Made by a program: the position numbers and the translations under genes
Shown here: positions 48,544 through 62,900 of the stretch, piece by piece
Layout of the letters: each line of letters opens with the position of its first letter
How positions within the stretch are numbered: the first letter of the stretch is position 1
Source: Anaeramoeba ignava BMAN
Taxonomy: Eukaryota; Protista; Anaeramoebae
DNA: 64,000 bases
Direction of reading: 5' to 3'
Assembly (NCBI GenBank): GCA_028826165.1
Contig: JAPDFW010000090.1
Location: forward strand, 1 to 64,000
The notes under the pieces: model-generated
The model's database searches: none
Told to the model about the DNA's origin: nothing
The model's input: the letters and a program-made list of their open reading frames with translations, nothing else

Positions 48544-51500
48544 TCATTTTTTCTTTGAAAATAATTGAAGTTCATTTTCATCTTTATCATGGAAATGCTC
48601 ACTAATATCATCATTCAAACTATCCAAATCAAATTCATTTTGAGTATCATCAATAGTAGTATCATTAGTAATTTGATTATCATCATCAGAATCAGAACTA
48701 TCAGTAAAAGCATCATTTTCGAACTTAGAAGTCAATACAAATTTTTTCAATCCAACCATTTGAGATAATTTATCTGCTGTTTTTGTGCCAATTCTTCCAT
48801 CAGAAAAGATATTTGAAGAAACTTGAAAATTTTTAATAAATTCGGGAAATTTTTCAATATTTTCTAAAAGAACAGCTCCTTGTGGAATAAAGCCAAGTAT
48901 TTGAAGCATTGAGAAATAATTGTTTAAAGTTGTCAACATGTTTTGATATAATCTTTGATTCATTTCTTGCTTTGCTTTTTGTTGTTGTTGTTCTTCTTCT
49001 TCTGTTTGATTTTTTTGAGTTGGTAAAAATCGTTTTTTAAATGATTGAATTCCAAAAACTGTCAATTCATCAATAATTCCTGGTAATTTAGTAAAATAAG
49101 GAAATAAATCAAGCAATTTCAAAAAATTTTGGATTCGAAACACAATTGTTTCAATATTTTCTTGTGTTGTTTTTGATTTTTCATTTGGATATTTCGCAAT
49201 GAATTTTTTCTCAAGATCTTGAAAATTTTCAATATTTCGAAATTCATGTTGTTTATCTCTAACTAAACGAATAAGATTCAAGTTTGTTTTAAGCAGTGGA
49301 AAAGACTTCTCATAATCGCCATTTGGAATTAGAAACACTGTGTATTTTGTTGATTCAAATGGCGGTTCGGATGTAAATGCTTTGAATCCATTTTCAAGTT
49401 CGTGAAGAACTATTTGTGGAATTGTTGATTCAAAAAAGTTTTTGTGAATAAATGATTGTTGTTGATCTGGAATTGAATCTTTTAATTTGATTATGCATCC
49501 TTTTACTTTATCTTTTGGATTTCCTGTTTGAACTAAGAAAGTGGAACGGAATTGAACCATTGAATAAGCCCTATTTAATATATAATTTAATATTTAATTT
49601 AATATATAATTTAATATTTAATATAATATTTAATTTAATATTCAATTTAATATTTAATTTAATATTTAATTTAATATTTAATTTAATATTTAATTTAATA
49701 TTTAATTTAATATATAATTTAATATATAATTTAATATTTAATTTTTAATATAATATATAATTTAATATTTAATATAATATTTAATATTTAATATTTAATT
49801 TAATATTTAATTTAATATATAATTTAATATTTAATTTAATATTTAATTTAATATTTAATTTTTAATATATAATTTTTAATATAATATACCATTCAGCAAC
49901 TGCATAAAGTTGATATCCTTCTAATACTTCTTCTTCTGATTCAATTTCAATAAAAGATGTTCTTTTAACTAATTCTGAAAATTTTTGTTTTTCGGGTTGA
50001 AAAATTCTTTGATTTGAAACATTATAAATTGATTTTAAAAGTTTTTCATCTTCTAATTTTTCAATAAAAGTTGCAGATAAATCAAGAGAAACTAAATAAT
50101 AGCCCAATTCAGTATTCAACAATTCTTGATTTGAAAATTCTTGTATAAATGAAATATTACTAAATATTTTTATAAATATTTTATATATATTTTTTATATA
50201 TATTTTTTATATATATTTTTTATATATTTTATAAATATTTTTTATAAATATTTTTTATATATTTTATAAATATTTTTTATAAATATTTTATATATATTTT
50301 TATATATATTTTTACGTTCTTAATTTTGTTATTCCAGATTTTATTACAACATAATTAAGAATATCAACAAATTGATCAGCTCCAACAAGAGTATTTTCTG
50401 ATTGAGAAGAAACCTAAATAAATTCAAATTCAAATCCAAATTCAATCCAATTCATTTCAAATTCAAATATAAATTCAATTTAAAAAATATTGATTTTATT
50501 ACTTGATTATAAATAGCTTGAGCTGAATTTAATATCGAATACATTTTATCTGTTGGTGTTGAAGAATAAAGTAATGTTTTTAAATAAGCTATTGAATCAA
50601 CATAAGGTACTAATTGTTGAGAAACTAATTCTTTTGGAATGTGTAATTGTTCTTGTGTAATATCTGCATATTTTTCACATTTATCTGATATTATTTTATC
50701 TGCTTTTTCATCATCAATATATTTCATACATTGATTATAAATTTTTGGAAAAATATATTCTTCAAAAGCAAGATAAACTTGATCTTCAAAATCATCTTCA
50801 ACTTCCCCTTGTTTTTCCAAATATTCTTTTACAATTTTGGATATAAACATCTATTTATATTTTTTATATAAATCAATTTTTCCATTTCAATTTTCAATTT
50901 TGAATTCAATTTTATAATTAATTTACTCTAACTTCTTCACTTCCATGTTTTCCTGAATTAAATTCTTGAATAAAATTTTGAATATTTTTTCTTGTTGTAG
51001 AATTTTCATCACCTAAAATTTGTTCAATTAATTTTTTCTGTCTCATTTTTTTAAGAGCAAGTGCTAATTTATTCCGAATTAATGATAAATTTGAAACCTA
51101 AATTAAAATTATTTATATATTTTTGATTAAATTAATTTATATATTTTTAATTAAAATTATTTATATATTTTTAATTAAATTTATTTATATATTTTTAATT
51201 AAATTTATTTATATATTTTTAATTAAATTTATTTATATATTTTTAATTAAATTTATTTATATATTTTTGATTAAATTTATTTATATATTTTTAATTAAAT
51301 TTATTTAGATATTTTTAATTAAATTTATTTATATATTTTTAATTAAATTAATTTAGATATTTTTAATTAAATTTATTTATATATTTTTGATTAAATTTAT
51401 TTAGATATTTTTAATTAAATTTATTTATATATTTTTAATTAAATTAATTTATATATTTTTAATTAAATTTATTTATATATTTTTAATTAAATTTATTTAT

Positions 51501-53775
51501 ATATTTTTGATTAAATTTATTTATATATTTTTAATTAAATTTATTTATATTTTTAAATTAAATTTATTTAGATATTTTTAATTAAATTTATTTATATATT
51601 TTTAATTAAATTAATTTAGATATTTTTAATTAAATTTATTTAGATATTTTTAATTAAATTTATTTAGATATTTTTAATTAAATTTATTTATATATTTTTA
51701 ATTAAATTAATTTATATATTTTTAATTAAATTTATTTATATATTTTTAATTAAATTTATTTATATATTTTTAATTAAATTTATTTAGATATTTTTAATTA
51801 AATTTATTTATATATTTTTGATTAAATTTATTTAGATATTTTTAATTAAAATTTATTTAGATATTTTTGATTAAATTCATTTAGATATTTTTAATTAAAT
51901 TTATTTAGATATTTTTAATTAAATTTATTTATATATTTTTGATTAAATTTATTTATATATTTTTAATTAAATTAATTTATATATTTTTAATTAAATTTAT
52001 TTATATATTTTTAATTAAAATTATTTATATATTTTTAATTAAATTATTTATATATTTTTAATTAAAATTATTTAGATATTTTTGATTAAATTTATTTATA
52101 TATTTTTAATTAAATTTATTTATATATTTTTAATTAAATTTATTTATATATTTTTAATTAAATTTATTTTATATTTTTGATTAAATTTATTTAAATTTAT
52201 TTATATATTTTTAATTAAATTTATTTAGATATTTTTAATTAAATTTATTTATATATTTTTGATTAAATTTAATTTATATATTTTTTTAATTAAATTTTTA
52301 GATATTTTTTTAATTAAATTTATTTATATATTTTTAATTAAATTAATTTAGATATTTTTAATTAAATTTATTTATATATTTTTGATTAAATTTATTTAGA
52401 TATTTTTAATTAAATTTATTTATATATTTTTAATTAAATTTAATTTATATATTTTTAATTAAATTTATTTATATATTTTTAATTAAATTTATTTATATAT
52501 TTTTGATTAAATTTATTTATATATTTTTAATTAAATTTATTTATATATTTTTAATTAAATTTATTTAGATATTTTTAATTAAATTTATTTATATATTTTT
52601 AATTAAATTCATTTAGATATTTTTAATTAAATTTATTTAATTATTTTTAATTAAATTTATTTAGATATTTTTAATTAAATTTATTTATATATTTTTAATT
52701 AAATTATTTATATATTTTTAATTAAATTTATTTATATATTTTTAATTAAATTTATTTATATATTTTTAATTAAATTTATTTATATATTTTAATTAAATTT
52801 ATTTATATATTTTTAATTAAATTTATTTAGATATTTTTAATTAAAATTATTTATATATTTTTAATTAAATTAATTTTATATTTTTGATTAAATTTATTTT
52901 ATATATTTTTAATTAAATTTAATTTAGATATTTTTAATTAAATTTATTTATATTTTTTAATTAAAATTTATTTATATATTTTTAATTAAATTTATTTATA
53001 TATTTTTAATTAAATTTATTTATATATTTTTAATTAAATTTATTTATATATTTTTAATTAAATTTATTTATATATTTTTAATTAAATTTATTTATATATT
53101 TTTAATTAAATTTATTTATATATTTTTAATTAAATTTATTTATATATTTTTAATTAAATTTATTTATATATTTTTAATTAAATTTATTTATATATTTTTG
53201 ATTAAATTTATTTAGATATTTTTGATTAAATTTATTTATATATTTTTGATTAAATTCCACTTTATGTTTTGAAGGATCTAATTTTCTTTCTTTTGCTAAA
53301 TCAATTAATTCAACTTCTTTTCGAATAATTCGAGATTCAATAAAAATAATTTTCTTATTAATATGAATTGATCTAAGAAAATCAGGTAAAATAAAATTTT
53401 CTGTAGATTTTGGGTTTTTTGTTAATTCTTGAATTTTATCATTAACAAGTTTTAAACGAATTCTTTCTTTTTTGATTTTTTGATCATTAATTTCTTGTTG
53501 AAGTTCTCTTATTTTTTCATCATATTTTTTTGTGGTGTGTTCTTGTTTCTTTTCTTTTGAATCAATCCAATTAGAAATAACTTCAGCCTTTTTAAATTTT
53601 TAATTGGAAAAATTCGATAATTTTTTAAATTTTTTAAATTTTTAAAAAAGTTTTTTTTTACTTTTTTGAAATTTTTTAAATAAGTTTCTTTTTGAATTTT
53701 TAATGCTCTTAAAATAACAGAAATATTTTCTGAAATTGCTTTTAAAGTTGTAATTTTTTCTTGAATTTTTTGCAT
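48544..53775 (-). CDS. VPS9-domain (Rab5-family GEF) protein fused to an STB6-like domain, multi-exon
   Basis: VPS9: TPTDKMYSILNS...VGADQFVDILNYVVIKS...NISFIQEF...ELGYYLVSLDLSATFI. STB6-like: LEGYQLYAVAEW...LVQTGNPKDKV, LIPNGDY.....LKTNLNLIRL, PGIIDELT, DGRIGTKT. Confidence 0.75.
51098..53260. repeat. Intron filled with a 24-bp repeat (TTTTTAATTAAATTTATTTATATA)
   Basis: About 90 tandem units between minus-strand GT (53260) and AG (51098). Confidence 0.9.
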
Positions 53776-53943
53776 TTTTTTTTTTTAATTTGTTGAAAGA
53801 AAATGAAAGAAAAATGAAAAAATGAAAAAATGAAAAAATGAAAAATAAATTTTTCCGATTTTAATAAAGTTTTTTTTAATTATTTTTCATTTTAAAAACA
53901 AAAAAAAAAAAGATGAAAGAGAGTTTTGTTTTGTTTTGTTTTG

Positions 53944-53974
<31 letters not shown>

Positions 53975-53977
53975 GAA

Positions 53978-56900
53978 TTAAATGAATTGACTTTTTAATT
54001 TTATATGAAAATATGAAGCTTCTTCTTCTTTAAGAAAAGTAAATCTTAAAGTTTTCTTTGTTTTACGAGATTTATCTTTCCAATATTCCAAATCAAGAAT
54101 ACAATGATAAAGTCTCATTCCACTAATTCTTGTTAAAGGCATTTCTTTATTTTTCTTGTGCATTACAAAATAGATGATTCTATAATCTAAAATAAGTAAA
54201 TAAGTAAATAAGTTAATTTGTTTAATTTATTTTATTTAAATTCCACTTTTTTATTCCACTTTTTTTATTTAATTAATTTGTTTTATTTAATTAATTTGTT
54301 TTATTTAATTTATTTAATTTATTTAATTTATTTAATTTATTTAATTAAATTCCACTTTTTATTCCACTTTTTTTATTTATATAATATAATTTATTTAATT
54401 TATTTAATTTATTTAATTTATTTTATTTATTTTATTTATTTAATTTGTTTAATTTAAATTCTTTTTTATTTATATATAATTTATTTAATTTGTTTTAATT
54501 TTATTTAATTTATTTAATTTATTTAATTTATTTAATTTATTTAATTTATTTTATTTATTTAATTTGTTTAATTTAAATTCCACTTTTTGTTTATATAATA
54601 TAATTTATTTTTTTTATTTAATTTTATTTAATTTATTTTATTTATTTAATTTATTTAATTTATTTTATTTAATTTATTTAATTAAATTCCAATTTTTATT
54701 CCACTTTTTGTTTTATATAATATAATTTATTTAATTTATTTAATTTATTTAATTTATTTTATTTAATTAATTTATTTAATTAAATTCCACTTTTTTATTC
54801 CACTTTTTTTTATTTATTTTTTTTATTTAATTTGTTTATTTAATTTATTTAATTTGTTTATATAGTTTATATAATTTATTTAATTTATTTATTTAATTTA
54901 TTTATTTAATTTATTATTTAATTTATTAATTTATTTAATTTATTTAATTTAAATTCCACTTTTTTTTATTTATATAATTTGTTTATTTAATTTATTTAAT
55001 TTATTTAATTTGTTTAATTTATTTAGTTTATATAGTTTATATAATTTATATACCTGTAAGCATAATAGAAAATCTTTCCCCTTTTTCAAGTTGAACATGA
55101 ACTAAACAAAGTTCATTTGGATATTTTTTATCACGAAACTTTGAAAGAAAAAACTGACTCAAAGACATTGGAAAATCATAACTAATAATAACTTTAGAAG
55201 GACCAATATAACGAGGAGGACGAATACGTTTTGCAGTTTTTGGATCAAAGAATTTTGGGGTTTCCTGTATTCCTTGACCAAAAGAAGTAACAAAATCAGT
55301 GGCACCAGCAATAGATTTTGTAATAACACCAACAAGCCCCATACCGACACCTTTAAAAAAACCAGGAACACCATCCTTTTTACTTTGGATAATAGGCTGC
55401 TTAAAGATTCCAGTAAAACCACTGCCGATTCCATAAGCAAGAGACTTTGTACCCTTAAAAAGACCTGATCCAAAATGTTTTGGTTTTTGACTCATAATTT
55501 TTCTTCTTTTTTCTCGATAATTATCATCAAATGTCAATCTCGAAAATCCGTTGCCAACAGACCCAGTTATCTTGTTGGTCGTTCCAAGAACAGCATCAAA
55601 AAGATGCGATCCAAATTTTTGGGATCCTTTTGACAATCCTTGATAAACTTGAAGAGGATCATCACTAAATGCCTTGATTGGTTCTTCCAAAAGTTGATAA
55701 AAACCTGTTCCAATATTTTCAAACAAGCCAACAGGATCGCCAAGAAAATCAACGGAGCCAATTAATTTGAGAAGGTTTTTTGTTGCCGATGCTTTATAAT
55801 GAGCAACGATATTTTGGATAATCACCTGTTTAGGTTGCATTGTGTTTTGTAATATAAAACCACTAAGTGAAATTTTTGAGTCTTGGAAATGAATCAAAGG
55901 AGCGCCAAAATGCCTTAATGTTGCAAAGCGTTTGGATTTCTGCACTTGATCCGAAACCTCGAATGTTAATATTATTCTTATTGGATTGATATGGAAATTT
56001 TTAATAAAACAGTTGTTTTTTCCTCGTTCAATTTTTTGAAATCGAAAACATGATTTAATTGGATCGTTTCCTGCAATCATTTTTTCATATTCAGCTTGCT
56101 TTGCCTCTCCTGAGTTTTTATCAGGAAGAATTGAGATATCCAAATACTCAAAAAAATCAAGCAAAGCCAATATGATTTCATCGTCAATTTTCAATAGAGT
56201 ATCTTGAATTTCGCATGAAATTAAATGGAAAAAATTGATTTGTTTGTATTTTGTTGTTTTCCAAGTTGAAAATGTCAAGAATGGCTCAGGAAACTCGCTT
56301 GGTTGTCTCTGCAAAAGAACATGGAATAAAGTGTTCATTTGGTTGTCAATTTGGAAATTGTGCAAAACTAAGGAAATTGTTTGATCATTGTTTTTTTCTG
56401 TGAAATTGAATTCCAAATCATGCAAAAATATATAGAGTAATTCATGCGGTTCTGGGCTTATTACAGATATCCCAATGCCTGGGAGATGAGCAAGAACCTG
56501 GAATGAATGAATCATTTCTTTAGGACTTTTCTTTTTGTCAAATATTGATTGTCGACTTGACCATACTGCCATTTGTGCATTAATCTCTGCTTTCTTTGAA
56601 AGTGTGAATTTTTTTGAACGTCTTTGAATCTCTAATATTAATGTTTGGCCTTGATAATAAAGAATAAATAAGAATGTTGATTTATCATATTTGACTTCAT
56701 AGTAATGCTTTGTTGCATTGAATTCAATTTCTATTAATGGTTTTGAATTTTTGAAATTTGATCCTAATCGAATTTCCAAATTGTATTTTTTACAGTGATT
56801 ATGAAAAGCATAAACAATTTCAGTTTTGGGTGGAATCAATTCAGTAAATTTTGTTTGGCTTTGATTTATTGCCAATTGTATCTTTGTGTTATTTCTTATT

Positions 56901-59900
56901 TTGTATAATGGTTCTTCTTTATCTGCTGGTAAAAATACGAAATAATGTATTCCTTCTTCAATATAACTTGAAGCTCTAAAGAAATAGAAAGTATTATTTT
57001 TGAGATTTAGAATTTTGAAGAATATTGATCCTAATATTGTTAAATCAAATAGTGAAGTCCATCCCCATTCATCTTGGTCTTTAGGTACATGATATTGTGA
57101 TATTTGTTGAATATTTTCATTTTCATTTTCAATTTCATTTTCAATTTGAATATTTTCATTTTGAATATTTTCATTTTGAATATTTTCATTTTGAATATTT
57201 TCATTTTGAATATTTTCATTTTGAATATTTTCAATTTGAATATTTTCAATTTGAATATTTTCATTTTGTTTTTCATTTTCATGCTCTTTCTTTTCTAAAG
57301 CCTTAAAGGTTACACGAACATATTTTGAATTTCTCTTCGTTGGATTCTGTGATGAAAAATAAAAAGGAATAAATTCTCCACTTCGAATACTATGAGGTTT
57401 CGATTTTTTGGATTCTTTTGTTTTGTAACAAAGACTTCTTGGTAATTCATTTAGAAATATAAATTTAGGAGAAATTGTTATTAATGTTGTCATATTCAAA
57501 TTTTGAGGAGCTTTTTGACTTGAAAATATAAACTCAATCAAACGAATTGGTTCTTTTTTCTTTTCTTTAAGTGCTTTTTCTTTTTTGATTGAACGATATA
57601 AATCTTTCAAAGTAATGCTAGTTTCTTTGGTGTGACTTTCAAAAAGTTCTAAATTTCCATGTAAAATACCTAATTTTGGAATAAATCCAAACCATCTTGT
57701 TTTTGGAATCCTCACATAAACAGATTGACTTGAAACCATTGTGGCTTTTTGATTCTTTAGATTATTATTTTTCCATTTATCAAGTGATTTTGGTGCATAA
57801 ACCTTAGCAGTTTTTTTTGGATGAATGACTAAATTCTGTTGATAAAATTTCAACGATAATCCACATTTATTTATCATCCAAAATTTTGTATAAAAAGTTA
57901 TTTTTTCAGTCCCTAATTTTTTACTCCAATTTTCAGCATAAACATCAAATGTTTTTTGCTTTTTTGTATCCTGAAGAGTAATTTGGTATTCTGAATGCTT
58001 TTTGAATGAATTGATTGTAAATTTCTTTGAAATTGAATATCCAGGAATTTGAATTCGAAGATAAATTTCTTGTTTTTTGCCAAAATAAAAACTGTAGCTT
58101 TTGGTAATTTCACCAAATTTTGAAATGTGATGATATTCTTTGTATTTTTCTGCTTGGTCAATTGAATTTCTATTGCTCAAATGATCAAAAATATCATCAT
58201 TTGGTGTACTATTTTCAATATAATCGGGATTATCGTCAGCATCATTACTGGGACTTTGTTTGAAATTTTGTTCATGTATTAAATTCATATTTTTATTGCT
58301 GTTTTTTTCTGAAATATTTTTTTTAAGATGTTCTTCGTTTTTTGAGTCAGTTTCCCCAACTTCTTTATCAGGTTCATAAATATAAACATCAAGATAGGAA
58401 TTTAGGTAATTGTGGATAATGAGAGGAGGTCGAATTTTTAGTTTCCAAAATGACCAATCTAAATCCTGATTTTTTTTATAACGTCCTTTGGATTCGCCAC
58501 ATTTTTGGATTTTTAAAAGGAAAAAAATTGATTTTTCATCAGAATCTTTGTGTTCACATTTGACCATTTTTGTTGATTGGAAAAGTTGTGTGCAATCAAG
58601 TGTTTCATGGGTGCCATCAAGATAGTAGATATGACCCAATCGGTATTCACTTTGTTGGGTTTTCTCACTCTCTATTTTTGGACGCCAAAATATTTGCCCA
58701 ATTGGTGTTCTAACTAAAGGAATAGTAAAGGAAGTTCTTGAATTAACAACTCCAATGCTTTCTTGGATGTCTTTTGGAAAAGAATGGAATATTTCTAAAG
58801 GAATTGATGTTTTATTGATAATTTGAATGGGAGATCGAAGATAACAAACTTTCACGTCTTGATGAACTTCAATAAATGAAACAACCTTGTAATTTTCAGA
58901 TCTTCCAATCAAATGAACCGTTTCATCCAAAGAACTCAATGAGATTCTATTTGATTCCCATTTCGGGTTTTTGGTAAGATTAAATTGAACAAAATAATCT
59001 GTTTGTGATTCAAAATGGAAGGATCTTTGATGGTATCGATTGAAACAATCAAATTCTAATGCTTCTTCTTGATTATTTTGAAGAGTTTTTCGTGATGATT
59101 CTTTTCCTTTTGGATCAATTGACCAAAATGTAATTTCTTCTCCTGTTTGATTTCGCAAACGAATTGGCACAAAAACTTTTGATTGATAATTTGTTTGTAA
59201 TTTGTTTGCTTTTTCTTCTTCTTTTTTTTCAGTAATATTTTCATTGATATCATCCTCAATTTTGGGTTTATTTTCTATTTTATTCTTTTCTTCTTGAAGT
59301 TCTAAGACTGTATATGATGATTTACGTTGGTAACTTTCATCTTTATATTCATGGGAAAGAGAATCCAATTGATGCAGCAAAGTTTTCAAAAATACAGCGC
59401 TAATATTAATATTAGCAAACTCATCAGAAGAAATTAATAACACTTTGCTTTGTTGTTTCCAATGATAATCAAAATTAAATTTCCAAGATTCAATTAAAGG
59501 CTCCCAACATGCAAGATAATTATTGAAATATTTAACATCTAGTCTTGTTTGATATAAAGAAGATAAATTTGTTGACCAATCATTTAAATACAAATGGAAA
59601 TCGTTCAAATGAAATAAAAGTAATGGATGATCTGGATATAAACTTTTGTAATCATCGATAAATAATAATTTGATTTGGGTCACAAAAACATTGAGTTGCT
59701 CTTCAATAGTGGATCTTATTTGCATTTGCATTTGATGGAATCCATTATCAATTTGGTTTTTGGTATCATTATTTTTGGGGGAATTTTGTTCAATATTTTT
59801 ATTTTCAGAATAATAATCATTATTTAAACCTATATCAATATCATCAATATCATCAACAGTGATTACATTTTCATTTTCATTTTCATTTTCATTTTCAACA

Positions 59901-62900
59901 ATATCTTTAATTTCAATTTCATTAATAATTATATTTGTTTTTTCTTTTTCTTTTTCTTTTTCTTTTTCATCTTCATTTTCTTCTTTGTGAAAAAATTGTA
60001 TTTGAGAAATAAGTTCGCTTTTTTCACTTGAATCATATTTTTCTAAAACAATATGCTTCCATTCTTCTTGATGGTCTTCAAAATTGGAAATTTTCATTGT
60101 TGATCTTCGATTCAAAACCTTTTTGTATCTTTCCAAATCATAGCATCTTAAAAAACTATCAGTAATATCTCCAACAATTTTCTGCAAACTCATTAAATCT
60201 TGGAAAGAAAAAATCATGTCGAGATTCTCTGTCTCAATCGAATGCTTGCTATCCCAGTTGTATCTATTGGATTGAGATTGATTCATTTTGAGATTATAAA
60301 AGAAATATGTTGGAGAAAGAATTGTAATTTTATTATCAGTAAATTTGTTTATTGAAGAAAGCTCGATGTTATTCATTTGGATTTCCAAAAAGACTTTTCC
60401 ATTTGCAGAATCTCGGTATTTAAGAACAAAATCAGAACTCAAATCAAGACATTTTGATAGAGCATCCTTGGGGTTTTCTAATAAAGATAGAAACAAACGT
60501 GAAGCTGAAAGAGTGAATTTAAAATCATGCAAGTTTGAATAATCGGGACGAAGATCTTCATCATGAATAGCCTTTTTACTTTGAGCAAAGCGGAACATTT
60601 CCTCAGTTTCAATGGGAGCGAAGAATTCTCTCATTGAAAATATTGTTGGCCATAAACCAAAAAGTTTGCAGCCAAATAAAGAGAGATGGATATCTTGATT
60701 TCCAATTTCATCGATATAGAATTGAAGTTCAATACTATGATTTGGCATTGTTTCAAATAATTTTTTAAAGGCATTCTCCTGACTTTCTTTATTGTTGTCA
60801 TCTGCTGTAACATCTTCGATTTGAACAACAATTTCTGTCTTTTCGTCTGTTTGCCATAAAATTTCCAATCCAATATCACTTGCGGACGCACAAACAAGCG
60901 ATCCGATAATATCTGGTGTTTGCTTTTCGGGATCGTTCAAATATTCGCCGTTGATTATTTCTGCTGTGCATTTCTCAAAGGCAAGTCTTAATTTGAGCCA
61001 GGGAAAAACAACAAAGTTTTCATCAGTTGATGTGACTAAATCTTCAGAAATATCATTAATTGTACTATCTTGAGTGACTTCAACAGAAGACAATTGCGAA
61101 GAAAGTGATGTTGTGCTGTTCTCGTCGGAGCGCGATGGGATGGGCGGTTTTTGTGGGAGTATTTCTGTGAAGTTCTCGGCAAGAACAGCGAAAAATTGAT
61201 TGTATTGATATTGATTAAAAATCAAGTGTATTTTTGGAATGATTCCCAAAACAGTGTAACTTTGAAACTTTTGCGAATTGTAGAGCACGATTTTGGGAAT
61301 CTCAATGAAAAGATCAAAATCCATCGGGGAAATAAAGAGCAAATGGTCTTGATAATCACGACCGATTAGTCCAGTCATAAAGGCCATTTTTGTGAAATTC
61401 AAATGAAGTGTTTGAAGAAGAATATCTTCGAGTTGAGCATGTTTTTGAGGTTGAATCCGCATTGTTTGCTGCACAAATGTGTTTGTAATCTTGCATTGAT
61501 CAATTTTACCAACAATAATTTCTCTTGATCTTGAATTTCGAGGAAGAATTCCAATCGAATCTGAAATTTCAAAATTGAGGGAAGTTTTTGGATGATTTTC
61601 AAGAAATTGCCGGGTTTTCTCGCCAATTTCATCGACTCCAAAATTAATCAAATCATCCATTTCGGTTGTTTCTTCGAAAAAATCAATCAAAGTATCAGTA
61701 AACATATGCAAATAAACAAAATATATGCCGGCAACTTTTGCATCCAAAAAGGAAGTGAATCCGTTTTGATCGGGTGAATCATAACTGGATAAACTGAATG
61801 TAAGAGAGTTTTGCAGTGAAATGACTGTGGGATATTGAGGATTTTCTTGCATTAAATTTGAGACTTGCAAACCGCTAAAATCACCTGAAATATGTGATTC
61901 AGTACTCAGTGTCTTGATATGCACTTGTGTGTTTTTGAGGACAAGTTCAGTTAATGGGTTATCATTCCGACAAAGCAAAATTGATAAATTATTCACATGA
62001 ACTTGTATTTTTTTCAAAATATTATCAAGTGATTTTGGATCGTTTTGTGTTTTTGTTTTGGGATTTGCTTTTTTATTCATTGCCTTCAGTTTTCTCTGTT
62101 TTTCTTTATATATTTTTTGCATCTTTTTTTTCTTTTGCATTTCCTTTTTATTTTTCTTAATTGATTCTTTATTATTTGCATTTATTTTCAAATTTGGGTT
62201 TGAATTTTTCTTTCCCATCGTGCTTTGTTTTTCGAGTCTCGCAGCAAGTTTTTTCCTTCTGCGAGATCTTGAGGATTGGTAGAAATGAACAAGTTCAGTG
62301 ATTGTTGACTGATTAAAATAAAAGTGGATTTCGTTAAAATGAGCATTAATATTTGTCTGAACTTTTTCGTATTCTGGTGATTTAAGTGGAATATGAAGAA
62401 ACGAAATGGAAATGAACTTATTTTCTTGTGTATTCGCATCTCCGGAACGGAATAAATATCTTCTGTTTTCCGAAGGTGCGAACAAGTCTTCCACATCCAG
62501 TGATTGTATTGTGAAACTTGATGAAACATCAAAACTTTTCACAACCGTTTGGGAATTTATGTTGGATATCGTCAATAAAGCAAGTTTTTTTAATACTGAA
62601 TTGTGTGATTCTCGAGATAACTCAAATTCAATTGATTTGATCCGGAATTGAATATCCGAAAGAACTTCCTGTATGTTTTTTTGCAAACCAAAATTTTCAG
62701 AAGAAACTTGTTTTTCTTTTTCATAATAAGTATTTTCATTTGTTTTAACAGATTTTTTTTTGGAAATTATTCGAAACAATCTGTACAATGATCTGTATTG
62801 ATTTTTTGAAAGAGAAAGAGAGAGACGATCCAAATTTCCAAGAATTCTATTTGTTTTTTTTTTTTAAGAATAAATTAATTTAAAAAAAATGAGAAGAAAA

